Below, one piece after another: positions 11,263-24,604 of a stretch of 64,000 nt of DNA. Position 1 is the stretch's first letter; the number at the start of each line of letters is the position of its first letter. The notes below the pieces were generated by a model that had not been told where the DNA came from, searched no databases, and was given only the letters and a program-made list of their open reading frames with translations. The translations under genes were made by a program, and so were the position numbers. Source of the stretch: Paraspadella gotoi (taxonomy: Eukaryota; Animalia; Chaetognatha); contig CM119265.1 of the NCBI GenBank assembly GCA_051294375.1, forward strand, positions 12,389,866-12,453,865. The letters are read 5' to 3'.

Positions 11263-14200
11263 ATGAGGGCGCGACACTTGGCATGCCCTACCGCGGAGCT
11301 GCCTCGGCTCTCCGGCGCCGTGAGAACATTCTCCAGCGTCTCGAAGCAACGCAGTTTCGAGGCGCTTGACGCTGACGCCGAGGCTGTTTTGCGCAATGAG
11401 GACCTCAAGATAAAGAAGAGAGTCCGGACGAGTCAACTCTCGCAAAAGGTGATGCTTGATGCTTAAAACGTTAATGGTTTCGTATTTTTGCATAGACTTT
11501 CTAAAAATTTATTTTCATTTTAGGCGATATCTATTTTAAACAAGTCACTTATCTTATTATTAATATTACATATTACTCTCTCTTGAAAGCAATTGACCAT
11601 TTTTGATAGGGGCTGTCATGGTCCAAGATCGTGACTTTGCTAGCGCGCCATGCCCATGCGTCCCGCGCAGAGCAAGAGTCGACAACGCGGGAGCTGCTTA
11701 ACCAGGCGCGGCAAATCCTGGGCGAGGCTCACACCGAGGTCATCCAAGCAGCCGCCGTCACGCTCTTCGACGTATTTATGGATTCACCCGACGGTGTGAC
11801 GCATCAGGTGGGCCTATCAGTTGCTTTGTCAATGAAGCCGGCCTTGCAATTCTCCGCATTCTCGCAGGAGAAGCGCCGTCTTAGAAACCTTTTTGGGCCC
11901 TACACGCCCAAAACCGATATCAAAGCCTGCAACGCGGTTCAGAAGATTCTCTGCATGCTGCCGGACGAGGCAATTGAAGAAATTCGGTCGCTGAACAGCG
12001 TCGGGTCGATGATTGGGTTCTCCAACGGATCACCAAACGATAACGACGATTTCTGCTCGGTGTTTGGTTCCAACGTCAAATTCTTAAACCTGTCGACGAC
12101 GCCGGGCGCGATCGGAACGAGCGACCAAGACGAAACCTGGTTTGAAAACCGAAAGGCCGATGCCGAAGACGACGACGCTTTCGAGAACTCCATGGCGAAA
12201 GCGTGGAAAAAATCATCCGAGTCTCCGCCCTTTGACGAGGAGAATGATGTAATTTCTGCCAATTTTTTTTTTTCCAATTTGACAATAAAATTAGTAAATT
12301 TTTATTCCAGCTTAATGGCGCTTGCGCGTTCGCCAGCGCCTGCTCGCCCAGCTTCGACGTGCATTGGTTACGTCGGCAAGTATCGTCGCTCTTCGCTGGC
12401 GACAACAATCTTGGTCTTTCTTCCGTGGAAATATCGACTTCTCTGGAGGAGATGTTAACGTCAAACAAGTCCGACGACGCTCTCCAAAATGACCTCTTCG
12501 AGCTTCTCGGTTTCGATCGGTTTGAGTTCATCCAAAGCCTGTTGGAGAATCGCCGCGAAATCGTCGCCTCATTGCAGGGAAGTGGACGAACGTTCGGGGA
12601 GACGGAAAAAGCGTCCAGGATGCGAAACGCGGGAGGTGGGTGTCGCATAGTTGTTAGAATTTTTTTGCTGAAACCAGTTAACGACATAATACCGTAGATT
12701 TTCGAATGCCTCGTCACGATCCACGCCCAAGTTTTGGATGTCAAGTCACGATTCAGAGTCAGCATGAGAAAAATTTGGCGAAAATGATGAGAAAGGAGGA
12801 CAAGAAGTTGGCCAAAGCAGAGGCTAAAGCCATCAAAATGGCCGCCGAATCGGGGGAGGACAAGGATGTGAGTCCCGAATGATTAATCCTCCTTAGTTTT
12901 GCCTTCGTGAAAAACATATAACAAATGTAATAATAATATGAATAATCATTTGACAGGTGTTTCTTCGCGCAATGGGCATCGATCTGGACAGCCGGAAACA
13001 GCGTGACGTCGAGATGACGATTGCTTCGTCTGCGCCTGTCCTGAGTCTCAAGGGCGACGCCAACGGTGTCGCCGAACTCATTACCCAGCTGCCTTACGTC
13101 TTCGACAGTGCCATTCAGTCGAGACAGACCTCTGCCTTTATCGCTGGTACAAAGATGTACATTCCGGAGTTGTCCGAAAGACACAACAACAACGTTTACG
13201 AAGAGATTACGATTCCCGCAACCTCCAAGTCACCGCCGAATACGGGTTCTACTGTCTCCATCTCGTCGATGGACGAGATTTGTCAATTTGCCTTCAAGGT
13301 GCTTTTTTGCTGTTTTCCTTCTTTTCGATTTCTGAAAGATGTGTGCGAAAATAGAGAGACGACAGATGAAGGTTCACCCGGTTCAAAAAACATCTTTAGA
13401 TATTTTTAACAACATAATTCATGTTCACTTTAAGAAATATAGTTTATTAATTACAGGGGATGAAATCGTTAAACCGCATTCAATCTGTCGTCTACGAATC
13501 CGCTTACAAAAGCAACGAGAATTTGCTCATTTGCGCTCCTACGGGCGCAGGAAAGACCAACATCGCTATGCTCACTATTCTCAGGGAGCTAAAGCAGCAT
13601 ATCTCTGGTCAGTTACTATGAAAATCATATTAAAATATTACCTTATTTCGTATTGACCAGTTTCTTTTATTAATTTTCATTGTTTGTCAGGGGGCGTCAT
13701 TAAAAAGGACGAGTTCAAAATAATTTACGTGGCACCAATGAAAGCGCTGGCCGCCGAGATGGTTAGAAATTTTTCCAATCGACTTGACTGCTTAGGCGAG
13801 TTACACGAGTCATATATTCCTAACGAGGTAAATGATATATTCATTTTATAAAATTTTATTCAAAAGGCGTCACGGTTCGGGAGTTGACTGGCGACATGCA
13901 GTTGACAAAGAAGGAAATTAAAGAGACACAAATGATCGTGACGACGCCGGAAAAATGGGACGTTGTAACTCGCAAATCGACGGGAGATGTGGCTCTAGCC
14001 CAAATCGTGCGTCTTCTCATCATCGATGAGGTGTGGGGGTCGGGGGTTTTCATGGGAATATAGAGTACAGATAAATATATATTTATTTAATACATACATA
14101 ATTGAATATACATATTAGCACTATACTTTGATTTACTTATTACTAAGATCTCTTCATATTCTTACTATGTCAAGGTTCATCTTCTTCACGACGACCGCGG

Positions 14201-17200
14201 TGCCGTGATCGAGTCCCTCGTCGCTCGAACCCTCAGACAAACTGAGACGCAACAGACAATGATCCGCATCGTTGGCCTCTCGGCTACGCTCCCCAATTAC
14301 CTCGATGTCGCGAGGTTCCTCAACGTTAACTTCTACGAGGGCCTCTTCATGTTCGATCACCGGTAGGGTGGGAGGCTTTGTCAAAAAATAACCACCTTTT
14401 CAGAATTTTTTTATTGTAATAATTTTTTTCAGTTTCCGCCCTGTGCCCCTGACACAAACTTTTATCGGCATTAAGACCAACAACAAGACCCAGTTCCTCA
14501 TGGACATGGATCGTGTTTGCTACGAAAAAGTTCTTGAAGAAGTCAAACGCGGCGAACAGGTTGGTTTTGTATGTACGAAGGCAAACAATTTCTTCCGCAC
14601 GAAACAGGCCTCGCTCTCGAATTATTCGCAGGGGGCGATTGGTAGGAAAATGTGCGAATAACAAATCAAACGTCTTATAAATGTTCGAAAAATCACCTTT
14701 TTTTGTTTTTTTTTCGAAAACTATGGCGTCGACATTAACTTTTGATTACGTTGCAGATCATGGTATTCGTCCACGCGCGAAACGCCACTGGTCGCACGGC
14801 GACGGCCTTGCGCGACCAGGCAGCAGCCGACGGTTCGGCCTCTTTCTTCGTGCCTCCCAATAATTCGGCGCGAGGTCTTGCGGAAAAACTCGTTCAGCGA
14901 TCGAGGAATAAACAACTTCGCGACCTCTTCGTCGACGGCTTCGGCATCCACCACGCGGGAATGCTACGACAGGACAGGAACATTGTCGAAAAACTCTTTG
15001 CTGACGGGCAGATCCGGGTGCTTTGCTGCACGGCCACGTTGGCTTGGGGGGTTAATCTTCCTGCCCACGCCGTTATAATCAAGGGCACGGAAATCTACGA
15101 CGCCAAAAAGGGAACGTTCGTCGATGTCGGGGTTTTGGACGTGCTGCAAATATTCGGCAGAGCAGGGAGGCCACAGTTCGACTCGTCGGGTGTGTACTGT
15201 GTAGTTATGTCTCTCGAAAGGGTAAAATCTTTCAAATCATTAAAAAACTTTCGCACCTTTCAGGTCACGGGACCATCATCACTTCTCACGATAAAATGTC
15301 AAAGTATCTCGGTCTCTGCACGCGACAGAACCCCATTGAAAGTCAGTTTGTCGCCAGTCTAACAGACAATCTCAATGCAGAGGTAAACTTTTCTTCGATA
15401 ATCCTCGGCCGAAGTAATTTTATGAGAGTAATTAACGTCTTTAACGTCCACCTGATAGGTGGCTCTCGGCACAGTGACAAACGTGGAAGAGGCAGTCAAG
15501 TGGTTGAGCTACACGTACCTCCATGTCCGAATGCGGCTCAATCCCATGTCCTATGGTATCGCGTTCAAGAGCATCGAGGAAGACCCGACTCTCGAGGGTC
15601 ACCGGAAGAAGCTCATCGTGGAGGCGGGAAAAGAGTTGGACAAGGTAAAGTCTGATGTTGGAGAATGATGGAGAATAAAAAATGGGCTACATGAGTTACA
15701 ATTACTTTAACGAAGGCACGAATGGTACGGTTCGACGAGAGGACCGGATACTTCTTTTCGACGGATCAAGGAAGAATCGCTTCTCACTTCTACATCAAAT
15801 ACGACACGGTCGAGGTCATTAACGAAAATTTCAAGGTGAGGAAGAACGCTTGGGAAATTCAAGCTAAGTAAGAGTAAATAGAATTCGATTTGTATGAATA
15901 ATTGGCGATTACTGATTGATTTCGTAAAATTGGAAAAACTTAATTCGCATTAATTATTAATAATTAGGACGTGATGACTGAAGGCGACATATTCAAGATG
16001 GTATCGTTGTCCACAGAATTCGAGCAGATCAAAGTTCGAGACGAAGAAATGCAAGAGTTGGACCGACTTTTAGATGACTCCTGTTGGATGCCCGTCGCTG
16101 GAGGAATCGAAAACACACACGGAAAAGTCAACGCTCTTTTGCAGACCTACATTGGAAGGTCGGTTTAGAAAAATATTGACTTTCAAGTTAAAGCGTTGAT
16201 TAATTATGATAACGTTGATTTGACTCTAGGAGCATGGTGGATGCCTTTTCACTTGTTTCCGACATGGCCTACGTGGCTCAAAATTCAGCACGGATTATTC
16301 GGGCCCTTTTCGAAATGGCACTGCGACGCGGCTGGCCCACCGTCGCCAACAGGTGTAATTCTCTTTTAAATTGATTAAGTTTTTAAAAATAAAACATTTT
16401 AATCGCTGTATCAGGCTACTAACCGTCAGTAAGATGGTTGACAAGCGAATTTGGGGATTTGAGACGCCCCTGCGACAGTTCCCAATTCTAACCCCGGACA
16501 CGTTGCGCAAGATAGAGGAACGAAAGCTGACTATAGATAAAATCAGGGAGATGGAAGCAAAAGAAATTGGTAGGTTACTTAATTACGAACTCTAAAAGAT
16601 TAGGATATGTTGCAAAAAGCTGATGCATCACCCGATCAACAGGGCACATGCTACATCATCCACGTATGGGTGCGCAAGTAATCAGCTGCGCTTTTCAACT
16701 GCCTTATCTCTCACTGGAAGGACAAATTCAGCCCATTACTCGAACCGTCCTGAAGGTAAGTCGTTTAATCGTAATTCGAGTCAATATTGTTAGTAACGCT
16801 GTTTTTTATAATAGGTGACGCTGCGCATCACACCCGAGTTCGAATGGAATGACAAAGTGCACGGAAATTCGGCCGAATCTTTTTGGATTTGGGTAGAGGA
16901 CCCTGACAATCAATCAATCTATCATTCTGGTTAGAAAAAATACAATCATAACTTATTTTTTATTTCTTCTTAAGCGACTTGTACTCTTCATCCCAATCCA
17001 GAATATGTGATGATCGAAAAGAAAAAAGTAAAACAAGCGGAGGAGTCTCGCCGCCGTTCAAAGCCCGTAGAACCTCAGATCCTCGTCTTCACTATTCCAA
17101 TCTACGAGCCACTTCCATCTCAATACTACGTCCACTGCGTTTCGGATCGTTGGCTCGGCTCCGAAAACGTCCTGCCGCTCAGTTTCCAACACCTCCTACT

Positions 17201-20200
17201 CCCGGAACGTCATCCGCCTCACACTGAGCTGCTAGACCTTGAGCCACTGCCAGTGACGGCTCTGTCTTGCCCACAATACGAAGCACTCTACGGATTCACG
17301 CACTTTAACCCGATCCAGACTCAGATATTTCACTGCCTTTACCACTCCGACCATAACGCCCTTATCGGAGCCCCAACCGGTTCGGGAAAGACGATAGCCG
17401 CTGAAATCGCTATTTTCCGCGTCTTCAACCAGTACCCCGGAATGAAGGCGGTCTACATCGCCCCTCTCAAGGCGCTCGTTAGAGAGAGGATCGCGGATTG
17501 GAAAGTCAGATTCGTGCAAAAGTTGGGAAAAAAGGTCATCGAACTGACAGGAGACGTGACGCCGGACGTAAATTCGATCGCCACTGCCGACGTCATCGTC
17601 ACGACTCCGGAAAAGTGGGACGGAGTATCTCGCAGTTGGCAGAACCGGTATAACAAAATGATCCCTGTCCGTTTTCTGGTTATAATTTGATCTCTTTGAT
17701 GCTTTAGAAAATACGTTCAAAAAGTGGCGCTGTTGGTAATAGACGAAATTCACCTGTTGGGAGAAGACCGAGGGCCGGTTTTGGAGGTTATCGTGTCGCG
17801 AACTAATTTTATTTCGTCTCACACTGGTAAGATTTTCCGTCATCGAATTAGGCGTTTATCGAACCAACACTTGTGTGAACATATCAAATCAGATCACCGT
17901 GTCCGAGTTGTGGGATTGTCGACAGCTCTGGCCAACGCCCGAGATCTCGCGGATTGGTTGGCCATCAAGTCCGTTGGTCTCTACAACTTTAGGCCTTCCG
18001 TGCGGCCGGTTCCGCTCGAAGTCCACATCAAAGGTTTCCCTGGCAAGCATTACTGTCCTCGGATGGCCACGATGAACAAGCCCGCTTTTCAGGTGTGTTT
18101 GTGAGAGAAAAAATGAGGCAAACATAATTGCAAGAATGGTTGGAGAGAGAGTGTGATTTATTATATCATCTCGCTTTCTCTTCCCATCTTATGGACCGTT
18201 TCAGTTAATTTTAAGCGCGTCAATGGTTTTATCCACGTGGCCTGGCTTAAAAAAAGTTTAAAGGTTTTTTTGTGTAACATTACTACCCGTTATTTTTGGT
18301 TCTTAAATACCTTCATCTCTTGTGATTTTTTTTTCTTTTCCATGACCGTCGATTTCTTCGCTCTAATTAAAGACAGATACTTGAATTTTTAAATCTCCCC
18401 CGAGTGTTTGACTTTTTCGGTCATTCGATCCTCGTTTCTTGCTCGTATAATTTATTTCTGCGATCGAAACTGTTTTTCTTAAACATTCATTTAGCGTTCC
18501 TCGATTTTTCTTTGAACTTTTCGCGAATCCTTCTCCGATTTTAGGCTATCGTGACCCACTCGCCGGGAAAGCCCGTCCTCGTGTTCGTCTCCTCGAGACG
18601 GCAAACGCGTCTCACCGCTCTCGATCTAATCGCCTTTTTAGCCGTCGACTCGAACCCTAAACAATGGCTTCACATGCCCGAAGTCGAGATGGAGAATCTC
18701 ATCTCAGGTGAGACTTTTTGTTTGACGATTTCGGTTTTTTGTTGTCGTAAATACATAATTTTTTATCGCTTAACCACAGGCATTCGAGATTCCAATTTGA
18801 AATTGACTCTGGCCTTTGGCATCGGAATCCATCACGCCGGACTTCATGAGAAAGATCGTGGCACGGTGGAGGAATTGTTTCTCAATCAGAAAATTCAGGT
18901 TTAACGATAGTAATTTGTAAGTTGTTATTGGCCAAAAAATATAATAATGTTTTTCGTACCTTTTGTTCACGGCCTTTAAAGATCTTGATCGCGACCTCCA
19001 CGCTGGCCTGGGGCGTCAATTTTCCCGCGCATCTCGTCATTGTCAAGGGAACTGAATACTACGACGGGAAGTCGAAGCGCTACGTTGATTTTCCCATCAC
19101 CGACGTCCTCCAGATGATGGGGCGTGCCGGAAGGCCGCAGTTTGACCACCAGGTTAAATCACTAATAATGTTAACTAAAAAATTTTGAATGATTTTGGTC
19201 ATGTCGATATCCTAACGATTTCTATTTAGGGAAAAGCCGTTATCCTCGTTCACGACGTCAAAAAGCATTTTTACAAGAAGTTCTTGTACGAACCGTTTCC
19301 TGTTGAATCCCATTTACTCGGTGTCCTGCCTGACCACCTTAATGCCGAGGTAAGATACTTGTAGCATTTTTTAACGACAAATTTTTAAATGCTTAAAGAT
19401 TTTTCTTGTTGTTTTTGACGTTTTTTTGTAAATGTTTCAAAATTTTGCAATTCTAATCAGAAACGCACCGCAACGAAAAAATAGAAAAAGCAATGTTTAA
19501 TTTTCGTTTTTATATTTTTCATCCCTAACATTTAACTTGAATTAGGTTGTGGCTGGAACTGTTACTTCCAAACAAGATGCCATGGACTACATCACGTGGA
19601 CATACTTTTTCCGCAGACTGATGCTCAATCCTTCATTTTATGGGTAACAATAATTTATCTAATAAAATAATTTAAGAATATAATTTTAAATACAAATTTG
19701 TTGCATAAGGTTGGAGGACGTCAACCACGACACCATCAACTCTTTTCTATCGAATTTGGTGGAAAGATCAGTGCTTGATTTGGAAACTTCGTTCTGCTTG
19801 GAGATTGCCGATGACAAGTCTCATCTTGCTCCCACGACACTCGGTGCGTTAAATTTTTCGGAGGATAATAAAAGATAAGTTGCCAAGAATTCGGTTACAA
19901 GTCATTGTTTTGTGCCTAGGCCGCATCGCTTCTTACTATTACTTGTCTCATATGACAATGAGAATGTTTAGCGAAGACATGAATGCTAATGTCACCATGG
20001 AGGACCTTTTGAACATTCTCGCCAACGCGCAGGAGTTTGCCGAGCTACCGGTCCGGCACAACGAAGACCAAATCAACAGGTTTAAATGATATCAGATTGA
20101 TTTTATTTGTGGCTTCACTTTAGATAACAAAGCAGTTTAAAAGTTAAAAAAAAAAACAGACGTAAGTTGAACGCTATAATTTTTTATCTAATTATCTAAT

Positions 20201-21574
20201 CACTTTACAGTGACATTGCGTCAAAACTTCCCTTGGCTGTGAACCCTCACGCGATGGACTCGGCAAAGACCAAGACCCACCTCCTATTTCAAGCTCACTT
20301 CACCCGTTTCCCCCTACCGTCGACAGATTATCTTACAGACACAAAGTCCGTCTTGGATCAGGTTCGGTTAAATTTAATGTTATTTTTTTACAAGTATTAA
20401 AATCTTGAATTATTTGGTTTTATTTTTAAGGCGATTCGAATCCTCCAAGCGATGCTGGACATCTGCGCCGACGAAGGATGGTTACTCGCCTCAGTCCGCA
20501 TCATTTTGCTCTTGCAGATGGTCGTACAAGGTCGATGGATCAACGAAAACTCTCTGCTCACTCTCCCCGGTAAAATTGCTTTTTTAAAATTGCTGTCCCG
20601 ATGGAAATTTATATTTTACAAGACAATTTTATGAATATTTAGGAATCGAACCGTACCACCTCTTTCTCTTCAAACGTCCCGGCCGACAAGTTCGCGCCAA
20701 TGGGCCCCGTAACTCGGATTGTCTTCCCGGCAGCAACATCGAGTCTCTCCCGGAATTGATGGCCGCCGTTGACGGACGCCCCGACGTCCTTCGCGCGATG
20801 CTGGGTGACGAGTTTCAATCAGAGGAAGTTGACAAAATTTACCGACACGTGACACAATTGCCGATCCTTGAGACTGGTATCAAAGTCATGGGTAAGCTAT
20901 ATAATTATAAATATTTATGATACACTGTAAATTTGGCCCGAATAACATTACAATTGTCGTCGGCTTCAGGATGGTGGTGCAATAATGAGCATCAAAAAGT
21001 GGAACGCCTGGTAAAAAACGTCACCAGGGGTACGAGTAAATACTTAAAAGTTCACGCCGACCAGGAATACACGCTGAGTATCGATTTTCGGCGACTCAAT
21101 AAACTCAGGAAAAGAGATTCAAAGGTAAACCATGGCAACCATTAGGGAGCAGAGGCCACAGCATTTTCCACTAATTCGCAATTTTAGGCCCTCGCTCCTA
21201 AATTTCCGAAACCGAAGGACGAAGGTTGGGTCCTCGTCCTCGGCGACGTCGACAACCGAGAACTCCTCGCCCTAAAGCGCGTTCCTTTCATCGGTGGCAG
21301 GGCCTCTCATACTCTCGCGTTCCAGACTCCAGAAACTGTGAGGGCTAAAAAAAGACATAATGTTAATATTTTTTCCCTGGGCTTTTCATTAATGTTTTTA
21401 AATATCTAGGTTGGTAAATGCGTTTATACGGTTTACCTCTTAAGCAACGCTTACATAGGCCTCGACCAGCAGTACGATGTTTACCTAGACGTGATCCCGG
21501 CTTCTATCGAAACGCAAGTCAACACCGAGATGATGGAGAAAGGAGATGAGCCGAGACCAAAGCCGGGTATGTAG
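11263..21574 (+). CDS. ASCC3: Activating signal cointegrator 1 complex subunit 3 (tandem Ski2-like helicase with Sec63 domains), several dozen exons
   Basis: ASCC3-type N-terminus [18 protein letters not shown]; [14 protein letters not shown]; two helicase cassettes (APTGAGKT / [12 protein letters not shown] / [20 protein letters not shown] / [12 protein letters not shown]); C-terminal [11 protein letters not shown]...[12 protein letters not shown]. The unspliced terminal reading ends KPGM-TAG at 21574. Confidence 0.97.
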
Positions 21575-21666
21575 AATTGTAGATTGTACACAATCCAGCG
21601 GGATGGGGTCAAAGTTGAGTTTGCTTGATCTATCATGATCTTTTGCATATTGCTCCTTTTCTTCAG

Positions 21667-22106
21667 GCGACGACGAGAGCGAAGACGATTTCGAAGACGC
21701 CCTGTCCGAGGGAGTTGATGCCGATGGCCAATCTGTCCGGCCGGCGACGGAATATCCTCTCGATTCTGTTTCGAAGGACTCCTCTATGGCCGCGTCATCC
21801 ATGTCGCCATCAATCCAGGCGTTCTCTACGCCTCCCGACGGACGCTCGCCAATGGTTACCCGAAAATCGGAATCAGAAAACGGGAAAATGGACGTCGAAA
21901 AGCCGCTGGAAAAAAGGGCTAACAAGGGTAAACGAGAAAGAGAGAGAAAAAGAGAAAAAAAAGTAAAAAAAAGGTAAAGCCATTCGTGTGATTCAGGAAA
22001 AAAGTCGCGTCGTAAGAAGGGCGCCGACAAAGGACCGTCGTCTTCCGAGGAGACCTACGCTTCCGGTTCCGCGGATTCCGGGGGCCTTTTGAGCAAGGTC
22101 ACTCAG
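21667..22106 (+). CDS. Two low-complexity linker exons (21667-21927, 21997-22106) between ASCC3 and the photolyase-like domain
   Basis: CG-rich, stop-free, bounded by TTCTTCAG/GTAAAC and ATTCAG/GTGAGC. Translation GDDESEDDFEDALSEG...KRANK|GKKSRRKKGADKG...LLSKVTQ. Phases 1/1/0 match both neighbours. Confidence 0.7.
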
Positions 22107-22359
22107 GTGAGCGTAAAGACTGCCTTTTGTAGTGTTGTTTTCGGTTGTTTTTTTTTCTTCTTTTTTTTCATCACGGTCCGCACTTGAGTTTAAGTTTTAC
22201 TTCAGAGGCACTCTTTTTCTTTTTCTTTTATGCTCAGAAAAAACTGTTTGTTTAGACTAGAAACGGCGACATTTTTTAACTTCCCGGTTTTATTTTTTTC
22301 TCGCCGTTTTAGCCTTGATTTTGTGTGCTAACCATCCGCCGCCATCCTCTCCTTCGAAG

Positions 22360-24604
22360 TCCCGCCAAGATCGGGCCCTCTCCCTCCTCTCCTCTTGCAC
22401 CTCATCCTACTTCAATCTCACCCTCGTCGAACCCCGACGAGCGAGACTACTCAACTCGCCCTCTTATCGCCGAGAAGACGACGAAGACGAATCGTCTCAA
22501 GTGCGGTTCCATCGCGAGGGCGTGGTTTACTGGATGAATCGCGACCAACGTGTTCACGACAACCACGCCCTCCTTTATGCCCAGGAATTAGCGCTCAAGC
22601 AGGCGGTTCCCCTTTTCGTCGTCGTGTGCTTCGACAAACCTTTCATGACGCTGAGACAGGCGGCTTTCGTTTTCAAAGGTTTGAGCTGCCCCTTGAAACG
22701 GGATAAGTTCGTTACGCAGGGCTTGGTTTGCTGTTACTTTCGCTTGTATGAACTTGGTCTACCATACAAAATACGTTTGTCTTTTTGCCTGTGATTTTTT
22801 CATTTAGTATTTCGAAATTCATATTTAGAGAAGCTGCCTAATTTGAAACCGTTTTTTTTTTTCATGTCGCGCGACAATGCTGCGCCTATCCAAAAATATT
22901 GATGAAGCGTTTCAAATAAGCGGCAATTTTAAGTATATTATTACTTCTTAGATAACTTCATTTCAGGCCTGGAAGAAGTGGAAAGTGAATGCGAAAGACG
23001 AGACATTCAATTCAACGTCGTTTTAGGTCAGACTTTTTATTGTTATGATAATCTCAAGAGCCGCTTTCTAAACAGTTGATATATCCCAGGTGACCCATCC
23101 AAATCATTAGTCAAATTCATCCTCGCATACAAAATCGCGATAGTCGTAACCGATTTTAGTCCTATGAAGGAAGACGTCGACACCTTGCACAAGTAAGCGA
23201 AGCGCTAATGCCCACTAAACTTGGAACTATCTATAAAACTCGACTCCGTTTCAGTTTTGAATTGGCTCTTCCTCCGTATGCGCTGCTTTTCCAAGTTGAC
23301 GCCCACAACGTGGTCCCGGCTTGGCTAGTCGCCGACCGCTGCGTCACCGATGCTCACGCCTTCGCGATCGCCACCAAGAGACTGCTCCCGCAGTTCCTCG
23401 GCGACTTTCCAACCGTCCTGAATCATCCCTATCTACCTCTAGTTACGCCGGCTTGCGAAGACTGGTTGCGATCGCCCGTGAATTGGACAACGATAGCCGA
23501 CATAATGGAGGTTTGAAGAAGTCTTTTATTTTAAAGTTTGCACGTACTAGAGCTTGTGTCGCTTTTTCCGTGGCGGCGTGAGTGTAAAATCGTGCCAAAT
23601 TATTTCTCGTGGGCCTTTTTTGCGGTCGAACGACTAGTTTTCGTTCGTCTAATGCCCGTGCTTACGGACAATGCCAAACAAAATACCTGAAAATATTTTT
23701 ATTACTTTAAAATATTATTTTAACATTTGGTTTTGATTTAAATGCATTACCGATGCTGTTAGGTCGGCGAGTTTACTGTTTAATTACCTTTCATACTGAG
23801 CGTATCAACTTTCGTGCTCAGGTTGATGCTTCGGTCGACCCAGTGACTTGGGCCACCGCTGGGCAGTCTTCCGCCTTCGATCATTTGGAGACATTCGTCT
23901 ACGACATTCGATCATCCTCTCCCACCCCGCTTGCTTCTCCCTCTTGCCTCACCTCGGTTCTTTCTTGCTCTTCTTCATCTTCATCCTTGTCTTTTTATCT
24001 CAGCGCCGGACATATCTCTGCAGTTCGCGTTCTTTTAGAAATTTGCCCCGACGACGACGATGACGACGAAAGCAACGACGCGACGGTCAAATTTTCCGCC
24101 GTCGCTGATGCATTCGCCGTTTGGCCATCTCTCGCCGACAATCTCTGCTTGTACGATCGACGCTACGACTCCACGGATCCGGCCCCTCATTGGGCGCGCG
24201 TTTCTCTCGCGCTTCACCAGGATGACTCCCGCCTTCACTTGTATTCGTACCTGGATTTGGATGCCGGCGTCTCTCACGACGCCCTCTTTAACGCCGCGCA
24301 ACATCAGTTGGTACTCGAGGGACGAATTCGCGAGGAGGTGCGCTCTTACTGGATCAAGAAATTTCTTGAGTGGACAGTCACGTCCAAGGATGCTCTTCGT
24401 TACGTTTTGCTCATGCTGGAGCGGTACGCTGTTGGTAAGCTCGATCCGTTGGCGTACTTGGAGACGTTGCGCGACATTGTGGGCTTGTACGACGTCCCCG
24501 ACGACGCCGACATCCCCGTCGTCGGACTTTTGAAAACAGTTTCGATGGAATCCGTGGCGGCCAGGATGGATTTTGACAACTATATACTAAAATACTCTTC
24601 TTGA
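22360..24604 (+). CDS. Class II CPD photolyase-like domain, degenerate; exons 22360-22678, 22967-23026, 23090-23192, 23255-23510, 23822-24604
   Basis: Class II signatures GVVYWMNRDQRVHDNHALLYAQELA, GLEEVESEC, VVTDFSP, QVDAHNVVPAW, GHISAVR, LADNLCLYDRRYDS and YWIKKFLEWT. The reading frame is intact across all exons. AATAAA at about 24839. Confidence 0.9.

Noticed and set aside
11263-21574. SNRNP200/Brr2 as the helicase identity
   Set aside because: The N-terminal [12 protein letters not shown], second-cassette [12 protein letters not shown] and intact motifs in both cassettes are ASCC3-type.
22360-24604. Cryptochrome or (6-4) photolyase
   Set aside because: The motifs (YWMNRDQRVHDN, VDAHNVVP, YW.KK.LEW) are class II CPD type, not the WFRKGLRLHDNP family.
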